A DNA stretch of 64,000 nucleotides, from NCBI GenBank assembly GCA_963667015.2, contig CAXXJJ010000004.1, forward strand, positions 2,048,001 to 2,112,000, given 5' to 3'. The translations under genes and the position numbers were made by a program. Of the stretch, positions 49,446 to 59,401 are shown piece by piece; position 1 is the first letter of the stretch; each line of letters begins with the position of its first letter. This DNA comes from Desulfatiglandales bacterium. GTDB lineage: Bacteria; Desulfobacterota; DSM-4660; Desulfatiglandales; HGW-15. A model generated the notes under the pieces. The model did no database searches. It saw only the letters and a program-made list of their open reading frames with translations, and was not told where the DNA came from.

Positions 49446-51866
49446 TTATCTTGATTGCTTGATTGCAAGAACCGCCTGGTTACATAAAGTCTTCATATAA
49501 TTCACCTGTGTTCCTGTGAGCACAGTCCCGCTGAGCTCGCGGTCTGCATAAAAGAGACCGATTACCTTTTTATTGACCACCAGGGGATAGAGGACAAATG
49601 CAGGGGCATATATATTCGTCGTATACCATTCGGGAATTCTTTTTTTAAATCGTTCATCCCTTGAATCGAATACTCCGATATCCTTTGCCTGCAATACGGA
49701 AAAATTAAATACATCAGGATTTCTGTCTATCTTGAATCTGAAACTCTCAACTACCTGTTCTATATCCTTTCCAAGGCCAAAACTCCCCTTCATTTCCATT
49801 TTTTTTGTATTCATGATAGAGAATAAAACCCTGTTAAAGTTGAAACCCCTGTACATGGTCTCAAGAATCATAGTGAGTATATCGTTAAGATTAAATTCCT
49901 CGAGTAAGGTATTTGTAATGTCCTGAATGCCGTTTATCAGTATCTTCTGTGGATCTTTAACTTCTCCCGTGTCATTAAGGGTTCCAGATATTTCTACATC
50001 ATCATAATCATTTTGTTCGATTTCACCTGTTTCTATTGCCGATGTCTTTACAGCGTTATCAGCAATGGCGGGTGCAGTGATCTGCTGGGTTTTCGAAAAG
50101 CTTTCTACCTGTCTGATAAATTTACTTTTCTTTAAGTTGACATTGAATATCTTGGAATATTCATTGACCTTTTCCCTCGCGGATTCCAGCAGAGAACCGA
50201 CCTGTTTTTTATTTAAAGGGATACTCTTTTCATACCTTTTGAGAAGTTTTGTAAGTGCATCCCGGTTTTCCTCGTCATCCGGACTGTTTATGATATCGCA
50301 AAGTTCATTTGAAAAACCGGAAAGATTTCTGAGTTTTTCATCTTCTGTTTTTGGATAATCAATCCTTCCTCTGGGCGGGCTTATCATTGAATTTGTTATT
50401 TTTTTGGGAAACTTCCATACGTTTGCGATCCCTCTTCCGAGTTCCTCGTATGTCATTCCAAGGACCGACTTTGCTGCAATAGCTTCGGATATCCCCTTCT
50501 GTACCATAAGGTTGCTTATCTGGGAATATTCTTCATCAAAATAATACAGCACCAGATGCTTGCCAAGTTTATGCAGCATTGCACAAATAAATGCTTCTTC
50601 GCTTGCCTCCACACCTATATTTTGAGCAAGGTCCTTTGCTATTACACCACTCATAAAGGAGCTTACAGATGACTCACTCAGCACTTCCTTCTGGTTTTTA
50701 TTTTTTAACTGATCAATAAGCATCAGGCTTGATGCCGCCATGCTGACCTGTTCAAAGCCAAGTACAACCACGGCCCTTGATACAGTTGTTATTTTTCCGG
50801 CAAACTGGCCATAAAAGGCCGAATTTACCAGTTTTAGTAATTTATTTGTTAGAGAATAGTCCTTCAGGATAGCGTTTGCCAGCTCCGAAGCGGAGGAAAC
50901 ATTAACCTGTGAGACAGAGGCCCTTTTGTTTATCTCCATTATATTGTGAGAAAAGGTAGGAAAATCACTCTTGTAACGTATTTTTCTAAGTAAAAAATCG
51001 AGTGTGCTGTGACTGCCGGAATTGCTGCCGTCTTTATCATCCTCTTCATTTTTTGAATCAAGATATTCTTCGAGATCTTCTTTCATCTTTATGGCACTCG
51101 AATAACGTGCAGAAAGATCATGTTCGAGAGCCTTCATAACAATGCGGTCAAGTTCTGTATCTATAGTATTGTTTTTAGCAGAAGGAGGGGGTATTTTTTC
51201 GTTGGCTATTTTATACATTATTGTGAAATCATTATCAGCTTCTATTGCAGGTTTCGCCAGCAGCATCTCATAAAATATCAACCCTAAGGAAAAAATATCA
51301 GACTGCGTGCACAGCCCTCCTCTGGAAAAATGCTCAGGTGACATATAAAATGGTGTTCCTGAGATATCATTTTCCGGACTGCAGTCTTTACCAACGACTA
51401 CAGATATTCCAAAATCCATTATCCTGGGAAGCCCGTTTTTATCTATCAATATATTTGACGGACTTAGATCCCTATGTACTATTCCCTGTTCATGCGCCTT
51501 TGAGATACCATCTAAAATCTGGATCATAAACCTGATTGCCTTGTGAACCACAAAAGCACCGGATTTTCTTATCTGCTCTTTAAGAGATATTCCGTCGACA
51601 TATTCAAAAACAAGAAACAGCTGATCACGATCCTGCCCGGCTTCGTATAAAGGTATAATATTGGGATGCTGTAATTTGCTTACTGTTTTTGCTTCACTCA
51701 GGAGGCGGTCCTGCTTTCCTTTCTGAATCAGGGTCTGCTTATGAAGGGTTTTAATCGCAACATTTCGTTCAAGGCGTGGATCGGATGCAAGATATACTAC
51801 CCCTTGTGATCCCCTTCCAAGTTCACTAAGAATTTTAAACCTGTCAATATAAGCCGGTATTACCAT
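49446..51866 (-). CDS. Ser/Thr protein kinase - HDOD - GAF-like multidomain protein
   Basis: LGRGSQGVVY, VAIK, HRDLSPSNIL, DFG and YMSPE; then LLKLVNSAFY…TVSRAVVVLG HDOD; C-terminal IGLFYAD GAF-like region. Confidence 0.88.
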   Translation of the reverse strand: MVIPAYIDRFKILSELGRGSQGVVYLASDPRLERNVAIKTLHKQTLIQKGKQDRLLSEAKTVSKLQHPNIIPLYEAGQDRDQLFLVFEYVDGISLKEQIRKSGAFVVHKAIRFMIQILDGISKAHEQGIVHRDLSPSNILIDKNGLPRIMDFGISVVVGKDCSPENDISGTPFYMSPEHFSRGGLCTQSDIFSLGLIFYEMLLAKPAIEADNDFTIMYKIANEKIPPPSAKNNTIDTELDRIVMKALEHDLSARYSSAIKMKEDLEEYLDSKNEEDDKDGSNSGSHSTLDFLLRKIRYKSDFPTFSHNIMEINKRASVSQVNVSSASELANAILKDYSLTNKLLKLVNSAFYGQFAGKITTVSRAVVVLGFEQVSMAASSLMLIDQLKNKNQKEVLSESSVSSFMSGVIAKDLAQNIGVEASEEAFICAMLHKLGKHLVLYYFDEEYSQISNLMVQKGISEAIAAKSVLGMTYEELGRGIANVWKFPKKITNSMISPPRGRIDYPKTEDEKLRNLSGFSNELCDIINSPDDEENRDALTKLLKRYEKSIPLNKKQVGSLLESAREKVNEYSKIFNVNLKKSKFIRQVESFSKTQQITAPAIADNAVKTSAIETGEIEQNDYDDVEISGTLNDTGEVKDPQKILINGIQDITNTLLEEFNLNDILTMILETMYRGFNFNRVLFSIMNTKKMEMKGSFGLGKDIEQVVESFRFKIDRNPDVFNFSVLQAKDIGVFDSRDERFKKRIPEWYTTNIYAPAFVLYPLVVNKKVIGLFYADRELSGTVLTGTQVNYMKTLCNQAVLAIKQSR

Positions 51867-51950
51867 ATAATTTGTCTATAATTCCTACAGTCAACCACTT
51901 TAGCTCATGAAATTACCTGATATTTCAAAATGTTAAACACATATAATATT

Positions 51951-51978
51951 TTATCGTCATAAATAGCAAAAAACTTTA
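51951..51978 (-). promoter_or_regulatory. Putative sigma28 (FliA)-type promoter of the kinase-HDOD gene
   Basis: TAAAG-N15-GACGATAA on the minus strand. Confidence 0.55.
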
Positions 51979-52146
51979 TGTTTTTTGAAGCGGGCTCCAT
52001 GTTATATTAAAAAAACAATAACAAATGAGTATTTTTATATATTAAGTTGTCTAATATTATAACTTGACAGCAAGAGGCATTACATATAATTTTTTCGGAT
52101 AATTTCTGATTATCTTAAAGCTGGACAAAATAATATTAAGGAGGAT

Positions 52147-52560
52147 TTGCAAAAAATGAGAAAAGGTTGGTTTTTGACTATCATGCTTGTATGCGCCGGG
52201 ATGTTGATCACATCGGGCATACTTACTGCGGCTGATTTCCCCGAAGAAATCGTTATTGACGGCAAGGCCTATAAAAAAGATATGAAAGGTCCTGTCAATT
52301 TTGCTCATTCCAAACACGCCACTGATTATGGTTTTGAATGTTCAGAATGTCATCACAGATATGAAAATGGTGAAAATATTTGGAATGCCGGTGATGAAGT
52401 AAAAAAATGCGCCGAATGCCATGACGCGGCTAAATCAGAAGGTAACGTTAAAAAACTTATGACGGCATATCACAATAACTGCAAAAACTGTCATAAGGAA
52501 AAAAACAAAGAAGGTAAAAATGCACCTGACAAAAAATGCGAAGGCTGCCATCAGAAGTGA
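52147..52560 (+). CDS. Tetraheme cytochrome c3 (class III)
   Basis: Signal peptide, PVNFAHSKH and four CxxCH motifs (CSECHH, CAECH, CKNCH, CEGCH); alternative ATG at 52156. Confidence 0.92.
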   Translation: MQKMRKGWFLTIMLVCAGMLITSGILTAADFPEEIVIDGKAYKKDMKGPVNFAHSKHATDYGFECSECHHRYENGENIWNAGDEVKKCAECHDAAKSEGNVKKLMTAYHNNCKNCHKEKNKEGKNAPDKKCEGCHQK

Positions 52561-52578
52561 TTTCTAAATCACAAAAAT

Positions 52579-52612
52579 AAAAAAAGCCGCTATCTTGATA
52601 GCGGCTTTTTTT
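52579..52612. terminator. Bidirectional intrinsic terminator
   Basis: AAAAAAAGCCGCTATC-tt-GATAGCGGCTTTTTTT. Confidence 0.85.
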
Positions 52613-52645
52613 ATACTCAATAAAACTTATAAGGATATTTTTTTA

Positions 52646-52834
52646 TTAATTTTCATTAATAGTGATTGCTTCCTGATCGCATACTTCAACGCAGCTTTCA
52701 CATCCCAGGCATTCTTCTGCATTAACCGGAACTGATTTGCCATCCTGCATTTCATAAACGTCAACGGGGCAAACTTCTACACATTCTTCACACCCTTCAC
52801 ATTTATCGTGATCTACGATTACTTCGTAACCCAT
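52646..52834 (-). CDS. 2x[4Fe-4S] ferredoxin
   Basis: CEGCEECVEVCP and CLGCESCVEVC; acidic 62 aa; GGAGG SD. Confidence 0.93.
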   Translation of the reverse strand: MGYEVIVDHDKCEGCEECVEVCPVDVYEMQDGKSVPVNAEECLGCESCVEVCDQEAITINEN

Positions 52835-52992
52835 GTCCTAATCCTCCTATATTTTTTAATTTAGACTTAAATCATCCTGCTTTTATGATCATTTTTACTA
52901 TAATATAGTCTCGAACTCCTTAACAGAGACAAAATTCCGTGTCAAGTCTTTTATATACTGCTGATAAAGTTGAAAATATAATTACTATTTTT

Positions 52993-54153
52993 CTACTTAA
53001 TTTCACTCTCCTCTTTAACTGCTGAGGCAATTTTATAGAGAACGGTCACAACAAAAAGACCCGTTGCCCATATACCCAGAGATATACCTATTTCGATTCC
53101 AGTAGGCCAGTACTCGACATATTTATCAAAAGGATTGGGGACGAAACCGCCGATAACTAGTCCGAAGCCTTTATCGATCCAGGTTGAAATAACAACCGAG
53201 ACACATGCGACTAAAAGAATTCCTTCTTTCCTTCTTGCAGAAGGAACAATAAGTAATACAAGAGCTATAAATGCAAAGAAAGTCGCAGTCCACATAAGAG
53301 GAACCAGACTGCCGTGACCTTCATGTCCTGCAAAAAGATAGACAAGTGAATGCATATGCCCCGGAATCTGGCTGTAAAAGGCAGTAAATACCTCAAGGAG
53401 CATGAAAAAGACATTTAAAATCATTGCATAGGCGACTATTCCGCCAAGTGTTCTTATCTGTTCTTTGCCCGGATCAAATTTTGTAAACTTCCTTACAACA
53501 AGGCAAAGCATTATCAGTATGGAGGGTCCGGATGCAAACGCAGAGGCCAGAAAACGGGCTGCCATAATAGCCGTAAGCCAGTAATGTCTTCCGGGAATAC
53601 CCGCATAAAGAAAGGCCGTTACAGTATGAATACTGAAGGCCCACGGTATTGAAATATAACTTAATACCTTAACCCAGTTCTGATATTTGACGCCCTTCTG
53701 TTCGGCGCTGACCACATTCCAGCCAATAACCAGGTTCATCAGCATATAGACATTTAAAACAATCATGTCATAAAAAAGGATAGACTTTGGATTGGGGTAG
53801 AGCATTACATTGAGCATTCTTGGAAGATTACCAAGGTCTACCATAACGAACAGACCGCATATAATGATCGCGCCTACTGCAAGAAATTCTCCGAGAATCG
53901 TTATTCTGCCAAATGCCTTATAATCGTGGATATAATAGGGCAATACAACCATGACACCACCGGCAGCAACACCGACAAAATACGTAAGCTGGCCGATATA
54001 GAATCCCCAGGAAACATCCCTACTCATTCCTGTGACCATCAGGCCTTCTCTCCACTGTACCATGTAGCAGGCAAACCCGACACCCATAACTACAAGTAAA
54101 AAGAATATCCAACCCCAGTATTTCCCGCTTCCCTTTATTGCTTTATCAAGCAT
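52993..54153 (-). CDS. dsrP: DsrP (NrfD/PsrC family membrane subunit)
   Basis: TGMSRDVSWGFYI, SIHTVTAF and ARFLASAF motifs; operon order. Confidence 0.92.
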   Translation of the reverse strand: MLDKAIKGSGKYWGWIFFLLVVMGVGFACYMVQWREGLMVTGMSRDVSWGFYIGQLTYFVGVAAGGVMVVLPYYIHDYKAFGRITILGEFLAVGAIIICGLFVMVDLGNLPRMLNVMLYPNPKSILFYDMIVLNVYMLMNLVIGWNVVSAEQKGVKYQNWVKVLSYISIPWAFSIHTVTAFLYAGIPGRHYWLTAIMAARFLASAFASGPSILIMLCLVVRKFTKFDPGKEQIRTLGGIVAYAMILNVFFMLLEVFTAFYSQIPGHMHSLVYLFAGHEGHGSLVPLMWTATFFAFIALVLLIVPSARRKEGILLVACVSVVISTWIDKGFGLVIGGFVPNPFDKYVEYWPTGIEIGISLGIWATGLFVVTVLYKIASAVKEESEIK

Positions 54154-54163
54154 AATTACCTCA

Positions 54164-54967
54164 TTATACTATGTAATATATATTGGGACCTGTCCCAAGT
54201 TCAGGTTTACGTCTTATTGTGTAATGTTCACGAAGGGCCATACGTACATTTGAAGTATAATCACTCAGATCTCCAAAGATGAGAGTGTCTTCTTTTTCCT
54301 GATTGGCGGCCTCAACACAGGCCGGAATCTCTCCCTTTGCCAGCCTCTCTGCACAAAAATTACATTTTTCGACAACTCCTTTTGTCCTTCTGGGATATTC
54401 CGGATTTGTCGGAAATTCGGGATTAAGCTCCTCAGGTGCTTTCAGGGGATCTCCCCAGTTAAAACTTCTTGCACCATAGGGGCATGCAGCCATGCAGAAA
54501 CGGCATCCTATACAGCGATGCGGATCCATAATGACTATGCCGTCCGATTCACGCTTAAAAGTCGCCTTGGTGGGGCAGACCCTGCAGCAGGGTGGATTGT
54601 CACAATGGTTGCAAAGCACAAAAATATTTTTCTCAAGCAGCTCTTCATCAAGGTATGCATGCTCTCGCTCGGAAAAAACGTGTTCGTAAGTCTCACTCCA
54701 GTTCCATTTTATCTCAATCCGTGGATCACCCCAATCGGGGATATTATGCAGCCTGTTACATACATCATGGCATTTTTTAAGAATATCATCAGTCATTTTG
54801 TGCGTATCTACTACCATTCCCCACTTATTTGCTGTGGTAAGGGGTATATCTTTGACTGATGCGTCAACATCGCCGGGGGCCAGAAGTTCGAAGCCGATCT
54901 TTCCGCTGGCACCTGCAATAGCTGAAACGCCTGCGATCTTTAAAAATTTTCGTCTATCAATGCCCAT
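54164..54967 (-). CDS. dsrO: DsrO periplasmic FeS protein
   Basis: Tat signal RRKFLK; CNHCDNPPCCRVCP, CIGCRFCMAACP and KCNFC motifs. Confidence 0.92.
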   Translation of the reverse strand: MGIDRRKFLKIAGVSAIAGASGKIGFELLAPGDVDASVKDIPLTTANKWGMVVDTHKMTDDILKKCHDVCNRLHNIPDWGDPRIEIKWNWSETYEHVFSEREHAYLDEELLEKNIFVLCNHCDNPPCCRVCPTKATFKRESDGIVIMDPHRCIGCRFCMAACPYGARSFNWGDPLKAPEELNPEFPTNPEYPRRTKGVVEKCNFCAERLAKGEIPACVEAANQEKEDTLIFGDLSDYTSNVRMALREHYTIRRKPELGTGPNIYYIV

Positions 54968-55353
54968 TATTCACTCTCCTTTGGCGCAATATGACAATCC
55001 CAGCAGAAAGGATTAACACCTGCATAATTATGACACGAGTCACAGAATTTAGACTTATTTGAATGGCACTCCATACATGTAACCTGGAGACTCTTATAAA
55101 TTGTCTTGCCTTCCGTGCTGGTATAATATCTTTCTCCGTCGCGGACTACTTCCATCCGCCACTGGTCCAGCATTTTCATATGCTGTGTTGTCATAAAATC
55201 CTTTGATTCGATACACTTGCCAGCCTCTTTCGCCATCGCTGTCAATTCAGGTTCAGGTGCGCCTACCGTATCTCCCTTCTGATACCAGAGTGGAAAAAGC
55301 AATAACACAAGAAAGATAACCAACAAGGTCCAGATTTTGCCACCGTCAAACAT
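54967..55353 (-). CDS. dsrJ: DsrJ triheme cytochrome c
   Basis: HMKMLDQWR..VVR motif; CMECH, CDSCH and CWDCH. Confidence 0.93.
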   Translation of the reverse strand: MFDGGKIWTLLVIFLVLLLFPLWYQKGDTVGAPEPELTAMAKEAGKCIESKDFMTTQHMKMLDQWRMEVVRDGERYYTSTEGKTIYKSLQVTCMECHSNKSKFCDSCHNYAGVNPFCWDCHIAPKESE

Positions 55354-55368
55354 ACTCAGCCTCCTATG

Positions 55369-57027
55369 CTAAGCCTCAAGGGCCCCTTCAGCTTCGTCAT
55401 CTTCATCGACATCTTCCATTCCGGGGAGATCCTCACCCCTCAGGTCAGTCGTCCTCTTCTTTTCTCCGTCAAGAATAAGTGCATTAGCCACCATTTCATG
55501 AACTCCTGTGACATCAACAGCAGGCACCCAATAGGACATCAGATCCGGAAAGACCGCCCGGTCAATAGCACATATTGTTGACAGCATATTTACACCGTGT
55601 TTTTCATGAACATACTTAACTGCGTTTGCCCTGGGTAACCCGCCTCTCATCCGGAGTTCCATATCCTCACCGGCATTCAGTCCGGCACCGCTTCCGCAGC
55701 AGAATGTCTGTTCCCTGATTGTATTTTCAGGCATCTCATAAAAATTATTACATACGCTGTTAATAACATACCTTGGTTCATCCAGAAGCCCCATACCCCT
55801 TGCCGGATTACAGGAGTCATGGTATGTGGCAATGATATGGTCATTTCGGCTCTTATCCAGCTTCAGTTTGTTGTTCCGGATAAGATCGGCAGTGAACTCG
55901 ATAATATGAACCATTTTAGTAGATTTTGCATTCTCAAATTTGGTTCCTGTAATGGGAGAAACCGGCTCTTCGAGAAAATCAGCAGGCCCGTTGAATGAAT
56001 CCATGTACTGATTGATAACCCTCCACATATGCCCGCATTCACCGCCAAGTATCCACTTTACTCCAAGTCTTTTTGCCTCTGCATACATCTTGGCATTAAG
56101 CCTTTTAGCGGTTTCGTGTGAGGTGAAGAAACCGAAATTACCGCCTTCAGACGCATAGGTGCTCCAGGTAATATCAAGTCCCATGCCCTTGAGATAATGA
56201 AACAGCATAAGATATCCCATGCATGTGTAGGTGCCCGGGTCAGCGAAGACATCACCTGAAGGCGTTATAAACAGTATCTCAGCGCCTTTCCTGTTAAAAT
56301 CCGGCTCTACTTTTACCCCGGTTATATCTTCTATATCATCAACAAAGAAATCGAGCATGTCCTTATAGGCATGTGGCTGAATACCGAGATGATTTCCTGT
56401 CCTGTAACAGTTTGCAACAGGGGCTGCTATCCACCCGATGTTAAGGCCTAAAAGATTAAGCAATTCCCTTCCGACAATTGTTATTTCAGCAGTATCTATT
56501 CCATAGGGGCAAAAAAGTGAGCACCTTCGGCACTCTGTACACTGGAAAAAGTAATACCACCATTCCTTGAGCACATCTACTGTCAGATCCCTGGCACCGG
56601 CGAATTTACCCATAATCTTGCCGGCAAGTGTATATTCCTTTCTGTAGATAGACCTTAACAGCTCAGCCCTCAGTACAGGCATGTTTTTGGGATCAGCACC
56701 GCCAATAAAAAAATGACATTTATCAGCGCAGGCCCCGCAACGCACACAGACATCCATAAAGATTTTCAGAGAACGGAACCTGCCAAGACGTTCCCTTAAT
56801 CCGTCCAGCAGGATCTCTTTCCAGTTTTCAGGTAGTTTCCAGTCTTCCTCCAGAGGATTCCAGTCTCTTGGATTCGGCATGCCAAGATATTCCAGGTCCT
56901 TTGGCTTTCCTGCATAGCATGCTATACCCTCGCGTATTTCGGTCGGTGTATTCATCCAGCCCTTATCAAAGATGGACGTGCTGTGATTTATTTGAACAAG
57001 CTCATCAGCTTTTGGTGCGTCTGCCAT
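55369..57027 (-). CDS. dsrK: DsrK (HdrD-like catalytic subunit)
   Basis: CVRCGACADKC, CTECRRCSLFCP, GECGH, HDSCN and FCCG motifs. Confidence 0.95.
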   Translation of the reverse strand: MADAPKADELVQINHSTSIFDKGWMNTPTEIREGIACYAGKPKDLEYLGMPNPRDWNPLEEDWKLPENWKEILLDGLRERLGRFRSLKIFMDVCVRCGACADKCHFFIGGADPKNMPVLRAELLRSIYRKEYTLAGKIMGKFAGARDLTVDVLKEWWYYFFQCTECRRCSLFCPYGIDTAEITIVGRELLNLLGLNIGWIAAPVANCYRTGNHLGIQPHAYKDMLDFFVDDIEDITGVKVEPDFNRKGAEILFITPSGDVFADPGTYTCMGYLMLFHYLKGMGLDITWSTYASEGGNFGFFTSHETAKRLNAKMYAEAKRLGVKWILGGECGHMWRVINQYMDSFNGPADFLEEPVSPITGTKFENAKSTKMVHIIEFTADLIRNNKLKLDKSRNDHIIATYHDSCNPARGMGLLDEPRYVINSVCNNFYEMPENTIREQTFCCGSGAGLNAGEDMELRMRGGLPRANAVKYVHEKHGVNMLSTICAIDRAVFPDLMSYWVPAVDVTGVHEMVANALILDGEKKRTTDLRGEDLPGMEDVDEDDEAEGALEA

Positions 57028-57029
57028 AT

Positions 57030-58133
57030 TTACTCCTTTTCCGCTTCTTCAGTTTCTGCCTCTGATTCAGGCATCTTATCGACAGGCAAACCTGCTTCAA
57101 TCATTTTATCCCTGAATTCCTCTTCATATTCATCATATGTATGGGTCTTAACCGGATAATCCCAAGGATTAATATGTCTTTTGGCCCTGTTATTGTTGGC
57201 AAAAATCCTTGTAGGGCTTAAAAAGACACCGCCCAGGTGCATTAACTTGCTGAAGGGGAAATATACCAGAAGAACACATACAAGAAAGAGGTGAATAAAG
57301 AACAACGTGCCAATATCTTCAGATACTACCGGATTACCGGTAACCAGACCGATCCCCAGGGCCTTTACCTGTACAACCGGCACTGTGAACCAGTCTGCAT
57401 TAAATGCATACTGCATAAAGTGCCCCATATATCTCATCATTACCCCTGTACCTGCAATGCCGAGTATCAGAAACAAAGGGAAATAATCGGCAGGCAATGA
57501 TATGTACCTTGTATGCGGCACATATAGACGCCTTATAAAAAGATATGCCACCGCGACTATCAGTACAAAACCGCTTATCAGGATACCGGGGAGCATGAAT
57601 CCCGACAGGGGCGCAATACCGGTTTCAAGAAAACCGTCAGCGCTTTCTAAAAATTTTATAAACCCGGGGATTGGTTCGGTAAAAAACCTGAGATGCCTCA
57701 GTACAACAACAAGGAAAGAGTAATGAAAGGCAAGTGCAGCTATCCAGAGCCATTTTTCCCATTCATAGGTTATTTTGGAACCTTTCCTGAATTCAAGACG
57801 GGTATTTCTGAAAAGTGAACGAAACATAAATATTTCAAAAAACATCCGGCCTAAAACACCCATTGTTGAAGAAGGATTATCCAGTTTATTTTGTTTTATC
57901 CATGGAAGGGATTTCTGCTGGCCTGCGGTAGTAGGGATTCTGTAAGGATTTGGTGAAAAGGACCATCTCAGAACCTTAAACACAAATCCCAAAATAAATA
58001 CTGTTATCGCCGCGTATGGGATTACTACCCCAAAAACGAAGCGCAGATTCGCTAATCCTACCCCCACCAGCGGAATCAAGGCCAGTATGCTTACCATGAC
58101 TATGGAAAACAGGATACCTAAGATAAAATTCAT
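57030..58133 (-). CDS. dsrM: DsrM (NarI-like cytochrome b)
   Basis: RIPTTAGQQKSLPW, FRSLFRN, RHLRFF and FPFSKLMH motifs. Confidence 0.95.
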   Translation of the reverse strand: MNFILGILFSIVMVSILALIPLVGVGLANLRFVFGVVIPYAAITVFILGFVFKVLRWSFSPNPYRIPTTAGQQKSLPWIKQNKLDNPSSTMGVLGRMFFEIFMFRSLFRNTRLEFRKGSKITYEWEKWLWIAALAFHYSFLVVVLRHLRFFTEPIPGFIKFLESADGFLETGIAPLSGFMLPGILISGFVLIVAVAYLFIRRLYVPHTRYISLPADYFPLFLILGIAGTGVMMRYMGHFMQYAFNADWFTVPVVQVKALGIGLVTGNPVVSEDIGTLFFIHLFLVCVLLVYFPFSKLMHLGGVFLSPTRIFANNNRAKRHINPWDYPVKTHTYDEYEEEFRDKMIEAGLPVDKMPESEAETEEAEKE

Positions 58134-58187
58134 TTAACGCTACCTCGTTCAATTATATAAACATTAATTAATACTTGGATAAACGGT

Positions 58188-58730
58188 TTATTTATTATCA
58201 GCAGGCTGCCATTCAGGAATTTCACATATCAGGTCAGAACGCCTTAGTAAACCTGACACCTGATTTTTTGCAGTCTGGACTTTTATTTCATACAGTTTTT
58301 CTCTGCATTTTGAATAGATATCAAATGCAATAAGGATTATCTCATCAATCCTGCTGTAAAACGTAATTATTTCAGTATGCAGATTATTATCAGGTCCGGC
58401 TATCTCACTTAGTTCCAGGGAGATTACATCCTTCAAAAAATGCAGATATCTCAAAGCCTCGGAAGGAGTAAAATCATGAATAGCCCTGATTCTCACTATT
58501 TCGTCAAGAATCGGACCAATTTTTTCATGGGAAATTTCGCCTTCAGCCAGCAGCTCGCTGAACAGGTCTTCGGTATGCTCTCTAATGGAGTGCCCTATTG
58601 GGTTGGCAAACTGGTTACTCTCGGATGTTAAAAACCTGATCGATTCGGCAGGATACATCTGAAATATTTCTTTCTGCCATTTTTTTAATATGTCTTTTTT
58701 TCTATCTGCAAGGAGCATTTGAAGGTTCAT
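58188..58730 (-). CDS. dsrT: DsrT (RsbRD N-terminal domain protein)
   Basis: FANPIG, IVRIRA..DFTPSEAL and AFDIY..CREKLYEI motifs; immediately upstream of dsrM. Confidence 0.8.
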   Translation of the reverse strand: MNLQMLLADRKKDILKKWQKEIFQMYPAESIRFLTSESNQFANPIGHSIREHTEDLFSELLAEGEISHEKIGPILDEIVRIRAIHDFTPSEALRYLHFLKDVISLELSEIAGPDNNLHTEIITFYSRIDEIILIAFDIYSKCREKLYEIKVQTAKNQVSGLLRRSDLICEIPEWQPADNK

Positions 58731-58797
58731 AACTACCTGAAATATTTAAATTATAAATAATTAAGTCAAATTTTTCTCATTTTTGATCGGCGTTTGG

Positions 58798-58842
58798 AAT
58801 ATAGGTAAAATGAAAAATCATGTCAAGTTAATAATTTCACAA
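58798..58842 (-). promoter_or_regulatory. sigma70 promoter of dsrTMKJOP overlapped by a Rex-like operator
   Basis: TTGACA-N17-TATATT (58826 to 58798); TTGTGAAATTATTAACTT (58842 to 58825) overlaps the -35 box. Confidence 0.6.
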
Positions 58843-58986
58843 GGTTACAGCCTTTGGCCTAAAAAAAATATAATATTTGGCCTTGTGAATTATTTTCCCT
58901 GGTATTATATTCATACATCATTCCGTTGTTTAATGAAAAACTCTAATTTAAGCAGGCTATAAAGGTCTGCTGTCTAAAAGGTTAAT

Positions 58987-59394
58987 ATGTCAGTTAAATT
59001 ATCCCCCAAGACTGCAAAAAAGGAATTTATCGAAAAACTGGAAAAATTGAGCGGCCAGAATGTGCAGCAATGTTTCCAGTGCGGAACCTGTTCGGGTTCC
59101 TGCCCGATGCTTGACAATATGGACACACACCCCCGAAAAATATTAAAAATGGCTCAGCTTGGGCTTGAAGAGGAGCTTGAAAACAGCAAAACCTGCTGGG
59201 TTTGTGCATCATGCCACAGCTGTAACGTAATGTGTCCAAGGGGTGTTGACCTGCCAAGGGTGATGGAGGCATTGCGCCAGATGACTCTCAGAAAAAACAT
59301 TAACAAAATAGAACCTTCGGAACTGCCTGCTGAAACAATAAAAGAGTGTCCGCAGATAGCACTGGTAGCAGGTTTCAGAAAATTGACAAGTTGA
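58987..59394 (+). CDS. hdrC: HdrC-like 2x[4Fe-4S] subunit
   Basis: CFQCGTCSGSCP and WVCASCHSCNVMCPRG…VMEALR. Confidence 0.8.
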   Translation: MSVKLSPKTAKKEFIEKLEKLSGQNVQQCFQCGTCSGSCPMLDNMDTHPRKILKMAQLGLEEELENSKTCWVCASCHSCNVMCPRGVDLPRVMEALRQMTLRKNINKIEPSELPAETIKECPQIALVAGFRKLTS

Positions 59395-59401
59395 GGAGAC
59401 A

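Noticed and set aside
54760..54830. DsrO first FeS motif incomplete (only CHDVC)
   Set aside because: Variation in the first cluster of DsrO is expected; the rest of the protein is intact.
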